Part shown: positions 1 through 8,049 of the stretch, piece after piece
Layout: the number at the start of each line of letters is the position of its first letter
Numbering within the stretch: the first letter of the stretch is position 1
Assembly (NCBI GenBank): GCA_965222375.1
Contig: CBDCTZ010000015.1
Location: 1,536,001 to 1,600,000 of the forward strand
Reading direction: 5' to 3'
From: Polyangiaceae bacterium
GTDB taxonomy: Bacteria > Myxococcota_A > Polyangia > Polyangiales > Polyangiaceae
DNA length: 64,000 nucleotides
The notes under the pieces: model-generated
Database searches by the model: none
What the model saw: the letters and a program-made list of their open reading frames with translations, nothing else
Told to the model about the DNA's origin: nothing
Translations under genes and position numbers: made by a program

Positions 1-451
1 CCTTGCGAAGATTACAGGAGCGACACGAAGTAACGAGGTTTTCCCAACTGTCCATGCCGCCACGGCAGCGCGGCATCACGTGATCCAAATTGAGCTCCCT
101 CACGGGAAGCCGCCGCGTGCAGTACTGGCACGTGTGCTCGTCTCGAAGCATGACGTTGCGGCGGGTGAGCCGCACCACGGGCCTCGGGACTCGATTGTAC
201 CGCTGCAGGTGAAGCACCCGCGGAACGCGCAAGGCGCCGCCCAGGATCGGAATGGCGTCGTCGACCTCCTCGCGAACCGGCAGATCACGCCAGCGACGGA
301 AGTCATGAGTTTCGCCGGATTCGTCGAGGGCGCGGCCGGCTCCACCGTAAAGCAGCACGATGGCCCTGCGCGCCGTCGTCAGACTGACCGGGGCGAAATA
401 AGCGTTAAGCAACAGAACCGGGATGGTTAGGACGTCCCGGGTATAAGTCAT
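1..451 (-). CDS. HNH endonuclease (McrA-like), 3' end runs off the window
   Basis: Absent from the ORF track; manual translation from ATG 451 gives MTYTRDVLTIPVLLLNAYFAP...LTRRNVMLRDEHTCQYC...LNLDHVMPRCRGGMDSWENLVTSCRSCNLRK (CxxC, DH, N, CxxCN). Confidence 0.9.
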   Translation of the reverse strand, partial: MTYTRDVLTIPVLLLNAYFAPVSLTTARRAIVLLYGGAGRALDESGETHDFRRWRDLPVREEVDDAIPILGGALRVPRVLHLQRYNRVPRPVVRLTRRNVMLRDEHTCQYCTRRLPVRELNLDHVMPRCRGGMDSWENLVTSCRSCNLRK

Positions 452-642
452 GGGGCTGCCCTGCACGAGCTGGAGCTTAGCATGGGGCCGGATCTGGGCC
501 CGAATAGGGCCTCTTTTCCGACCAGAGCGGACTTGACCGCTGTCCTCGACCCCGCCGGAGTCTTGGGCTATTCCCCGGCACGCCTTGGCCACCCATGAAC
601 CCGGGCACACCACGGGTCGCAACGTGGTAGGAGCGCATCACC

Positions 643-2007
643 ATGAAGAGCCACGCATTGTTGGTAGGTACCGTCCTGGCTTTCGCTGTTTCCAGTTGTG
701 GGCCAGCGCTGCCGGCCGAAGCCAGCTGGCCACCTGCGGCGAAGCAGTGGTTTGACCGCGCGACTCAGAGCTACCGCACCGGCGATATGGAAGACGCCGA
801 AACCTCGGCTGAAAACGCGCTGCGCATGCTGCCCGACGAACCCCGGGTCCGACTGATCGCCGCGCGCATCGCGTTGGCGCGGCTGGAATACGACCGCGCG
901 GTGCAGCTCCTGGCTGGCGTCGAGTCCCCAGAAGCCGGAGCCGTGCGCGGTCGCGCTTATTGGTATGCGGGCCAGCTGGAGAAAGCCGCGGACGAGTTGG
1001 AGCGCCTGATCCAGAACCCGGAAGTGCGCGATCCCTGGGCCACCGAAGTCGCCAAGCTGGCGCGCCGAGGCGTGGGTCGTACGCCCTTCCGCATGACCGG
1101 AGGGCTGCTCGCAGTTTCAGAGATGCCCCGCGTAGCGGCCACGGCCCTGGTGGTTCCCGTGGAGGTCAACGGTGAGCCCGCGCTGGGCATGATTGCCACG
1201 GGCACGGCAGAAGCTGTTGTGGACTCGAGTGGTGGCGGCGAGCCAACCTGGCTCTCGCTTCGTTTCGGTGAGCGCGTCGAGGTCAAAGACGTGCCCGCGT
1301 TGGCCAAAGATCTGTCCGGGATCTCGCGACAGCTCAACGCGCCCATCAAGATGCTCATCGGCGTGAACCTGCTGCGGCACCTGCACCCAACCTTCGACTT
1401 CACCGGCGGGCAGTTCGTGGTGCGCACCTTCGAGCCGCCCCCGCCGCCGGAAGCCACGACCCTGCGCGTAAGCTATCTGCGCGGCGGCGGCATGCTGCTG
1501 CGCGGCTCCTTTGGCAGCGAGAACTCCGCAAAGCCCGCGTCTCTGCTGGTGGATACCAGCATGACCTTCCCCCTCGCCCTCGACGACGGCGGCTGGAAGA
1601 AGGCCGGCGTTGGCCTCGACAAGCTCCGCACCATGCCAAACCTCGGCAACATGCGCGCAGGCATGCTGCCCCTGCTGCGTTTGGGCGCCTTCGAGCTTCC
1701 CGACGTACCCGGCGTCTACGGCGCACCCGTAGAAGAACTCGAGAAGGGGCTGGACGTGGACATCGACGGTCTGGTCGGCTCCGGACTGCTCGCCCCCTTC
1801 CGCGTGACCATGGTCGATGGCGGCCGCACCATGTGGCTCGAAGACATGCCCCGTGCGGCGCTCACCCCGCGCCGCCGCAAGCAGCCACCCGCTGCGCCCC
1901 AACTCGACCCCGTCGGCGTCGGCAAGACGCCTCCCAATGCGGGCACCCAATTGAAGCCGCCCGCGCCTATGACCCCCACCCCCAAAGCAGGTGGAGCAAA
2001 GAAGTGA
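643..2007 (+). CDS. Lipoprotein with TPR region and two retropepsin-like (aspartyl protease) domains
   Basis: Lipobox VSSC; TPR-like helices; GMIATGT...MLIGVNLL and LLVDTS...GLVGSGLL motif pairs; GGAG RBS; GTGA overlap with coaD. Confidence 0.7.
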   Translation: MKSHALLVGTVLAFAVSSCGPALPAEASWPPAAKQWFDRATQSYRTGDMEDAETSAENALRMLPDEPRVRLIAARIALARLEYDRAVQLLAGVESPEAGAVRGRAYWYAGQLEKAADELERLIQNPEVRDPWATEVAKLARRGVGRTPFRMTGGLLAVSEMPRVAATALVVPVEVNGEPALGMIATGTAEAVVDSSGGGEPTWLSLRFGERVEVKDVPALAKDLSGISRQLNAPIKMLIGVNLLRHLHPTFDFTGGQFVVRTFEPPPPPEATTLRVSYLRGGGMLLRGSFGSENSAKPASLLVDTSMTFPLALDDGGWKKAGVGLDKLRTMPNLGNMRAGMLPLLRLGAFELPDVPGVYGAPVEELEKGLDVDIDGLVGSGLLAPFRVTMVDGGRTMWLEDMPRAALTPRRRKQPPAAPQLDPVGVGKTPPNAGTQLKPPAPMTPTPKAGGAKK

Positions 2008-2501
2008 GCGACGGTCACGTCCGCCTCGCCATCTACGCCGGGAGTTTCGACCCGCCCACCTTCGGGCACATGGATCTCGTCGACCGCGCGTCAAAGCTCT
2101 TCCCCGAGGTCGTCGTTGCAGTCGGCATTCACCCGACCAAGACAGCGTTGTTCAGCGTCGAAGAGCGCCTCGAGCTCCTCACGAAGGTCTGCGAACCCTT
2201 CGAAAACGTGCGCGTGGACTCCTTCCGCGGCCTGTTGATCGACTACGCGAAGCGTATGGGCGCCCGAGTCGTCGTCCGCGGACTGCGCGCCGGCACCGAC
2301 TTCGAGTACGAGCTGCAGATCGCCCACGCCAACGCCGACCTGCGCCCCGAAATCGACACCGTCTTCCTGCCCACCCGCACGAACTACGGCTTCATTTCCG
2401 CGTCGCTAGTGCGAGAAATTGCCATGCACGGCGGCGACATCGAGCGCTATGCCCCACCGAATGTGTGCGCCGCGCTGAAGAAGAAGTTCGCCAGCGGCTG
2501 A
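2004..2501 (+). CDS. coaD: Phosphopantetheine adenylyltransferase
   Basis: AIYAGSFDPPTFGH, VRGLR..DFEYE, ISASLVRE motifs; GTG start overlapping the upstream stop. Confidence 0.97.
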   Translation: MSDGHVRLAIYAGSFDPPTFGHMDLVDRASKLFPEVVVAVGIHPTKTALFSVEERLELLTKVCEPFENVRVDSFRGLLIDYAKRMGARVVVRGLRAGTDFEYELQIAHANADLRPEIDTVFLPTRTNYGFISASLVREIAMHGGDIERYAPPNVCAALKKKFASG

Positions 2502-2516
2502 CGCGCCCGCGATTCG

Positions 2517-2943
2517 CTAACCGCGAACTCGGCGCCTCAGGGCCACCGGCAAGGTCACGACGAAAGCCGCTGTCGCGATCACCGTCTGCGAGGCGCCTAC
2601 GGGAAACTCGAAGAAGAACGCGAACGGGTAGCCTAGCGATCCAGCGAGGCCGCCGATGGCCGGCGCCAGCCACAGTACCCGGCGCATGCGACCACCCACG
2701 GACAGAACCGCCATCGCCGGCAACACGGCAAAGGCAAACACCAGCGAGGCCGCCGATGGCCCGGGTCGCCACCGACACCATGCAAGCCACCAGCAGCCAC
2801 ATCAGCTTCAAACCCGTCACGGGCAACCCCTGTACGCGGGTACTATCGGGATCGAAGCCGGAAAACAGCAGGCCGCGATAGGCCACCACCAGAACGAAGA
2901 CAATCACGGTTCCAACGCTGGCAGCGGCCTGCCAGCGATCTGG
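2517..2943 (-). pseudogene. 3' fragment of a metal ABC transporter permease (ZnuB/MntB-like), frameshifted
   Basis: YRGLLFSGFDPDSTRVQGLPV...MVSVATRAIG, frame change near 2745, then VFAFAVLPAMA...GSLGYPFAFFFEFPVGASQ; no 5' half. Confidence 0.75.
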
Positions 2944-3016
2944 CCTCTCGGCGCTGCGGCGGGCTGGACGATCATTGGACCTGTTGTGTGCCTGCTCGTT
3001 CCTATAGAATGGCTGG

Positions 3017-3865
3017 ATAGAAAATTTCTCCCGTCGTAGGCTCGCGCCCTTCGTGCTGTTGGCGGCGGGCGGCCTGGGTGCGTCGTGCGGCGGGGGAGAC
3101 GATGGCGCGAGCGGCGGGAGTGGCGGCGCGGTGGATGCGGGCGCGGACATTTCCTTGCAGGGTGGCGGCGGAGGCGGCGGTAGCGGCGGGACTACGGACG
3201 GCGGCATTGAAGCTGGCATAGATGGCTCCGCGGGAACATCTGGGTCCGGCGGTGCGGGGGGCGCGGCCGGTGAGGGAACCGGAGGAGCAGGGGGTGCGAG
3301 CGGCGTTGCGGCAACCGGAGGAACTGCGGGCGTCGGCACGGGCGGCACTGCGGGCGTCGGCACAGGCGGCACTGCGAGTGTCGGCACGGGCGGCACTGCG
3401 GGTGTCGGCACAGGCGGTACCGCGGGAGCCCCCGGCGGCGGCGGCGGACTAGCCGGAACCGGTGGAGCCACGGGCGGTTCGTCGGGGAGCGCAGGTGCAG
3501 CAGGATCGAGTGGTGCCGCTGGGGGAAGCGGAGAACTCTGTTGCAACGGGACTGCCACCTGCGTACCGACTTCCCTCGCACCAGCGACACACAAGCCGCT
3601 CTTGAACCAAGACACCTGCACACAACCAGCAGATCTCTGTGTGCCCCACAACCTGCTGACCAATCCGCCGACGGCCTTTCCCAGCTGCGACACAGGGCAC
3701 ATCGGAATACACATCAGCGCCGAGGGCGCGTGTCTTCCCTCGTGCATCACGAGCCAGCAGCCAGGGTCCTTCCTTTTCGGGCAGCGCACCTGCGCAGCCG
3801 ATATGTTATGCGCAGCGTGCTGGACGCTTCTTGCCGGCACAACCGGCGTTTGCGCCCAGCCCTAA
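3017..3865 (+). CDS. Gly/Thr-rich linker lipoprotein with Cys-rich C-terminal domain (start uncertain: ATA 3017 or GTG 3053)
   Basis: Lipobox GASC; (GTGGTAGV)n repeats; C-terminal Cys-rich segment. Confidence 0.75.
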   Translation: MENFSRRRLAPFVLLAAGGLGASCGGGDDGASGGSGGAVDAGADISLQGGGGGGGSGGTTDGGIEAGIDGSAGTSGSGGAGGAAGEGTGGAGGASGVAATGGTAGVGTGGTAGVGTGGTASVGTGGTAGVGTGGTAGAPGGGGGLAGTGGATGGSSGSAGAAGSSGAAGGSGELCCNGTATCVPTSLAPATHKPLLNQDTCTQPADLCVPHNLLTNPPTAFPSCDTGHIGIHISAEGACLPSCITSQQPGSFLFGQRTCAADMLCAACWTLLAGTTGVCAQP

Positions 3866-3877
3866 TCCGGCTTGCCG

Positions 3878-4141
3878 GTGGACTCCTACCGCGGCCTGTT
3901 GATCGACTACGCCAAACGCATGGGCGCCCGAGTCGTCGTCCGCGGACTGCGCGCCGGCGCGGACTTCGAATACGAGCTGCAGATCGCCCACGCCAACGCT
4001 GATCTCCGCCCCGAAGTCGACACCGTCTTCCTGCCCACCCGCACCAACTACGGCTTCATTTCGGCTTCCTCAGTGCGAGAAATCGCCATGCACGGCGGCG
4101 ACATCGAACGCTCCGCACCCCCCAACGTGTGCAAAGCCCTA
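3878..4141 (+). pseudogene. coaD: Second, diverged copy of the coaD 3' half
   Basis: Aligns without gaps to 2214-2477 (88 codons); lacks the HxGH-containing N-terminus. Confidence 0.92.
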
Positions 4142-4159
4142 TCAAGCCCGCCTCGATGG

Positions 4160-5074
4160 TCACAGCGCGCGCTCGTACCAAGCGTCGCAGCCGAAATGCC
4201 CGGTTTCACCCAGCGGCCTGCCACGTTTTTCGAATCCGAAGCGCTCGTAGAGTCGCTTGGCTTGGTGCATGTGCTCCAGAGTTTCGAGGTAGATCTTCTG
4301 ATAACCATCGGCGCGCGCGCCGTCCAGACAGCGTGAGAGCAGCTGAGCACCAAGGCCCAGGCCGCGTGCCTCCGACAATAGATACATCTTTCGCAGCTCG
4401 CACACGTTCGACTCGCCACCTGCGAGAGGCCCATACCCTGCGCCGCCGATCACGCGACCGTCCTTGACGACCACCCAATATGCGGAGCCCGGTTGCCTGT
4501 ATGTTTCGCTCATCGCGTCAACCTCGGCGTCCTCGATGGCATAGCCAGACCCCACCGCTCCAAACTCAGGCATCACATGGCGGATGATGCGCGCCACCGC
4601 AGAATCGTCACGTCGATGGATGCCCCGGATCTCGAGATCCCGGCTCCTACGCCGCAGCTCCAGGGCCCGCGCGTACAGTTGCATACCTCGCACGACCGCT
4701 ATTCGCTCCTTCGGCGCCAGCAGCGAGAGCGCTTCGCTGACCTGGGAGTCCGCAAGCCCGTGGATCTTCTTGGTCCGCTCTCGGCCACGCGCCGTCAGGT
4801 CGATGGACTTCTTCCGCCGGTCCGTCGAATCGGGCCTGACTCGAATGAGTCCACGATCCGCCAACTGCTTCACGGCACGACTCACCGTCGACTTGTCGAC
4901 GGTGAGGATCGACGTCAACTGGCCACTAGTGAGCGACCCTCGGGTGTCCAGCTCGACCAAGATGTGACACTGCATCGCGGTCACCCCGAAAAAGAGCCTT
5001 TCGGAAATCACTCCGAGCTCCCGAACGACTTGGCGAGAGGCGCGGCGCAGGGGCTGGATTTCGGGGGTCGTCAT
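4160..5074 (-). CDS. MarR-type HTH regulator fused to a GNAT acetyltransferase
   Basis: VDKSTVSRAVKQL..RGLI..DRRKKSIDLTARG; ELRKMYLLSEARGLGLG, LYERFGF; probable start MTTPEIQ at 5074. Confidence 0.9.
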   Translation of the reverse strand: MTTPEIQPLRRASRQVVRELGVISERLFFGVTAMQCHILVELDTRGSLTSGQLTSILTVDKSTVSRAVKQLADRGLIRVRPDSTDRRKKSIDLTARGRERTKKIHGLADSQVSEALSLLAPKERIAVVRGMQLYARALELRRRSRDLEIRGIHRRDDSAVARIIRHVMPEFGAVGSGYAIEDAEVDAMSETYRQPGSAYWVVVKDGRVIGGAGYGPLAGGESNVCELRKMYLLSEARGLGLGAQLLSRCLDGARADGYQKIYLETLEHMHQAKRLYERFGFEKRGRPLGETGHFGCDAWYERAL

Positions 5075-5090
5075 CTTAGTTGCGAACACT

Positions 5091-5123
5091 AACCACTTAG
5101 TTGTGCTAGTCAACTAAGTGGTT
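5091..5123. promoter_or_regulatory. Perfect 13-7-13 inverted repeat, probable MarR autoregulatory operator
   Basis: AACCACTTAGTTG-tgctagt-CAACTAAGTGGTT just upstream of the MarR-GNAT start; extra TTAGTTG half-site at 5076. Confidence 0.7.
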
Positions 5124-5168
5124 CGAAACATCCGCTAGCATGCTGGCACGAGGTTTCCCCAGAGCGAG

Positions 5169-5219
5169 CGCCGACCTGCGCCCTGAAATCGACACCGTCT
5201 TCCTGCCCACCCGCGCGAA
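5169..5219 (+). repeat. Third (51 bp) coaD fragment
   Basis: 49 of 51 nt identical to 2333-2383 by manual alignment. Confidence 0.9.
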
Positions 5220-5429
5220 TCAGCCACTGCTCAAACAGCCGCTGGATCTTTTCGTCGCTTGCGCCCACATGTCCTTGGCCGCGCCCACCCTCTATGCGCT
5301 TGGCCTGGCACTCGCGATCACTGGATCCGCTTGGCCGAGCTGGGCCAGATCCATGTGGCCGAGCCTTGACAACCGGGTGCGTCCCATGGGCCCTATGCGC
5401 GCGCGGTTAGCGCGCGGCGGGCGTACGAA

Positions 5430-5536
5430 CGAAGCGCCCGCGAGGGGCGCTCCCCGTTTGCACCTTCGGGTCCATCCCTGGGATGGTCATGATGAGCGCC
5501 GCGAAGCGCCCGCGAGGGGCGCTCCGCGTTTGCACC
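5430..5536. repeat. Two 35-bp hairpin-containing direct repeats with a 37-bp spacer
   Basis: CGAAGCGCCCGCGAGGGGCGCTCC(C/G)CGTTTGCACC at 5430 and 5502. Confidence 0.85.
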
Positions 5537-5555
5537 GCATTTTGCGCTTCCTCGC

Positions 5556-6272
5556 TCAGGGCGTGCAGAACAACGATGAGCACTGAGGCGAACAGCTGTT
5601 GCACACACAGGTCCCAACGGCCTGCAGGTCCGGGAGCGCCGAGGCGAACTGCGAGCAAGTCGTATTGACGCAGCTCCCGTTCGGGCAGTTCTGCGACAGG
5701 CAGCCGATCAGCTGGTTGCAGGTGGTATTCGGCCCGCACTTCTGGAGCTGGGAGCAGCAGAACTGACCGCCGCAGGCGTCGCAGTCCGGGTTGCCATTCA
5801 CGGGGATGCCGCAGGCAGGACCACCGCCAGTCCCGCCCGTGCCAGTTCCACCGGTTCCGAAACCACCCGTACCGAAGCCACCGGTTCCGAAGCCGCCCGT
5901 GCCCGTGCCACCGGTTCCGAAGCCACCCGTTGCCAGGCCACCGGTACCGTCGGTTGTCTTCCCGCCAGTTCCCCCGGTGGCGCCTGTTTCACTCCCGCCC
6001 GTGCCGGTTCCAGCTGTACCGCCAGCGTCGATACCCCCCGTTGCAACGCCACCGGCACCCGCTGCAGCGCCGCCGCTTCCCGGGAATCCTCCCGCTGAGA
6101 CCCCTCCACTTGCATGACCAGCTTGACCGCTTGCGCCTGATCGACCGCCCCCACCATAAAAGTCATCGCGCTCAGGCGCGACCAGAGTGCAACCGGCCAG
6201 CAGGGCGCCAATGGCGACTGGGACATGGATGATCCGGCAACGCCTCACGGCAATTTGGTGGCTACCCATCAC
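5556..6272 (-). CDS. Gly-rich, Cys-rich lipoprotein
   Basis: Lipobox LAGC; GTGGF repeats; C-terminal CDAC...CCSQLQKC...CVCNSCSPQC; ATGA coupling to the upstream gene. Confidence 0.8.
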   Translation of the reverse strand: MMGSHQIAVRRCRIIHVPVAIGALLAGCTLVAPERDDFYGGGGRSGASGQAGHASGGVSAGGFPGSGGAAAGAGGVATGGIDAGGTAGTGTGGSETGATGGTGGKTTDGTGGLATGGFGTGGTGTGGFGTGGFGTGGFGTGGTGTGGTGGGPACGIPVNGNPDCDACGGQFCCSQLQKCGPNTTCNQLIGCLSQNCPNGSCVNTTCSQFASALPDLQAVGTCVCNSCSPQCSSLFCTP

Positions 6273-7054
6273 CAGAAACGTCCCTCGTAGCCGAGGGCGG
6301 TCGCCTCGGGAAACGCATACAAGCCAACACGATGGCCATTGTCGCGGTTTACGTAAAAGTATGCGGCGCCCCCGGCGGCTAGCAACGCGACGCCCAGGGC
6401 GATGTCGGCTTTCAGGTAATCACTTTTCATGTCGTCGTATAGCCCAGGATCCCCGCAACTTGGCTTGCACGAATCCAAGTCGGATTGCTTGCTGTTGCCT
6501 GAAAGCCCAAAGCCTACAAACCCCGCCACCCCCAGCACCGCTACACCACTGAGCACCCAGGTTGCTGCCGGTACCGTAGACGACTTTGGCGATTCCGTGG
6601 AGTCGATGCTTTGCACGGGCGTCAGGTCGGCTTCTACGGCGACGTTTGTTTGACCCCGCGCCAGGGTCACGGAACGCGCCACGTTGGGCTGGCCAGGTAC
6701 TAGAAACACGACTTCATGCGGTCCGGGATCCAGCTCGATTGGGCCAGACGGAAGTGGAGCTGGGTCGTCATCGTCGATTTGCACCTTCACGTCCTTCCCG
6801 AATGCTTTCAGGACCACGGTAGGTATGTTCTTTTCGACGAATTGCATTCGCGCTACGCAATCCTCCCGCACGAGACCGGGGCAGGATGCCTTCTTGCACG
6901 TTCTGAACTGCTTGCGCGCCTCGAGCAGACGATTGTCCCGTTCGGAGCGCTGGCCAGCTTCGTGCGCCGCGATGCACTCATCCACGCTTTGAGCTCTCGC
7001 CTCCAACGCAGGCAGCAGGCCAATCAACACTCCCAGCCGAAGGATGGATCTCAT
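6269..7054 (-). CDS. Secreted TPR/PEGA-like protein typical of myxobacterial kinase operons
   Basis: Signal peptide MRSILRLGVL...ARAQ; CIAAHEAGQ...CPGLVREDC; IELDPGPHEV; two C-terminal hydrophobic segments. Confidence 0.75.
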   Translation of the reverse strand: MRSILRLGVLIGLLPALEARAQSVDECIAAHEAGQRSERDNRLLEARKQFRTCKKASCPGLVREDCVARMQFVEKNIPTVVLKAFGKDVKVQIDDDDPAPLPSGPIELDPGPHEVVFLVPGQPNVARSVTLARGQTNVAVEADLTPVQSIDSTESPKSSTVPAATWVLSGVAVLGVAGFVGFGLSGNSKQSDLDSCKPSCGDPGLYDDMKSDYLKADIALGVALLAAGGAAYFYVNRDNGHRVGLYAFPEATALGYEGRFW

Positions 7055-7428
7055 CTTAGGCACTCGCGCTTGAATTTCTTGACGTCTGGCCCGGTGGTGT
7101 ACGGCGGCTTGCAGCTCGGTAACGGCTTGGAGCCGGTGAGGCCTATCTGCTTTGGTGCGGTCGGCGCGGGTTTGTGCGTTGTGATGCCGTATCGGGCCTT
7201 GCGACGACAGTTGGTGCTGAGGCCATCGCGGCCGCTGTGCTGGCTGCTGTGACGAGAGCAGTAGCAATCGGCGTTGAGGCGCGCGATCGCCACTGCGCGC
7301 GAGACGCCGGCTGGACCGAACAAGCGTCCAAGATGAACCGACGCCATTCCCTCTGCCGCGATCTTGTCACACGGAAGATAGAGCCCTCCGATGGGGCGTG
7401 GCCGCCGTTGGGCTTCACCCTCCACCAT
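7051..7428 (-). pseudogene. Internally deleted Ser/Thr protein kinase
   Basis: Subdomain I-II remnant DKIAAEGMASVHLGRLFGPAGVSRAVAIARL joined to tail CKPPYTTGPDVKKFKRECLR; no HRD or DFG. Confidence 0.8.
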
Positions 7429-7681
7429 TGGAACATACTAGCATGCGCTCAATGCCACAGAAATACGGCGTCTACGTCGTGAATGCGCTTGCGGTATCGT
7501 GATCTAGGTTGCTCGTGGCGGCGACGTGGCTTCGCGAGCGAAGGTGTGACACGGCTAGCGTCGATTCAAAGCGCCATCGAACCCCGAGTCAAACTTGTCG
7601 GCTCGCGTGAAGGTCGAAAAAGGGCCTCCCGCAGGTGTCCGCTCCAGGATTCGGTGTCTAATCGATAGAAGACCGATGCGG

Positions 7682-7706
7682 ACTTATATGCACTATGCAT
7701 CTAAGT
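7682..7706. promoter_or_regulatory. AT-rich inverted repeat, possible operator
   Basis: ACTTATATGCA-cta-TGCATCTAAGT (1 mismatch), enclosed by GCGGAC/GTCCGC. Confidence 0.4.
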
Positions 7707-7820
7707 TGTCCGCTCTCATCTGGGGGACTGTTCGGATTTGTGTCTCCCAACGACGGCGGGACACCAACCGGCGCAAGGGTCGCCCGGTCAACGCTGCCTG
7801 GCGCGCTGAAGCAACCCATC

Positions 7821-8040
7821 TCACCGCTGGGCGCCGCGGTCGGCCAGTAGCGCGTCGAGCTTCGCGTCCAGATCCTGTTCTCGGCGAAACCCACGCTCAT
7901 TGATCAGGGCAAGATTGCTTCGCACGCGCTCGAGATTCAAGTCTGGATTGTAGAGCACCAACTGTTGGGCATCAATGCGGTCTTGTAGACGCAGTTCCGT
8001 CATGGAGAGTATCTTGAGGCTCAGAAGATCTTCAAGCCGG
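7821..8040 (-). pseudogene. 3' remnant of a nucleotidyltransferase (paralog of 16567-17217)
   Basis: EDLLSLKILS...RLQDRIDAQQL...LALINERGFRR parallels HLLAMKILA...RPQDADDIREL...LELVKQRGFHR. Confidence 0.7.
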
Positions 8041-8049
8041 GAGGACCGT

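Noticed and set aside
80..430. Plus-strand 116-aa ORF
   Set aside because: Antisense shadow of the minus-strand HNH gene (1-451).
2392..3840. Long Pro-rich minus-strand ORF (and similar ORFs at 5791, 27990, 47612, 55911, 62242)
   Set aside because: Antisense shadows of Gly-rich or high-GC3 genes; only the permease segment of this frame is meaningful.
3872..4336. Functional second coaD
   Set aside because: Lacks the N-terminal nucleotide-binding half, has no convincing RBS and runs antisense into the GNAT gene.
5086..5127. Integron attC site (TAAC...GTT around a palindrome)
   Set aside because: Too short, perfect stem without extrahelical bases, located at a gene 5' end, and no integrase; an operator is more parsimonious.
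7680..7707. dif/Xer site
   Set aside because: Arms are separated by 3 bp rather than 6 and do not match the XerD arm TTATGTTAAAT.
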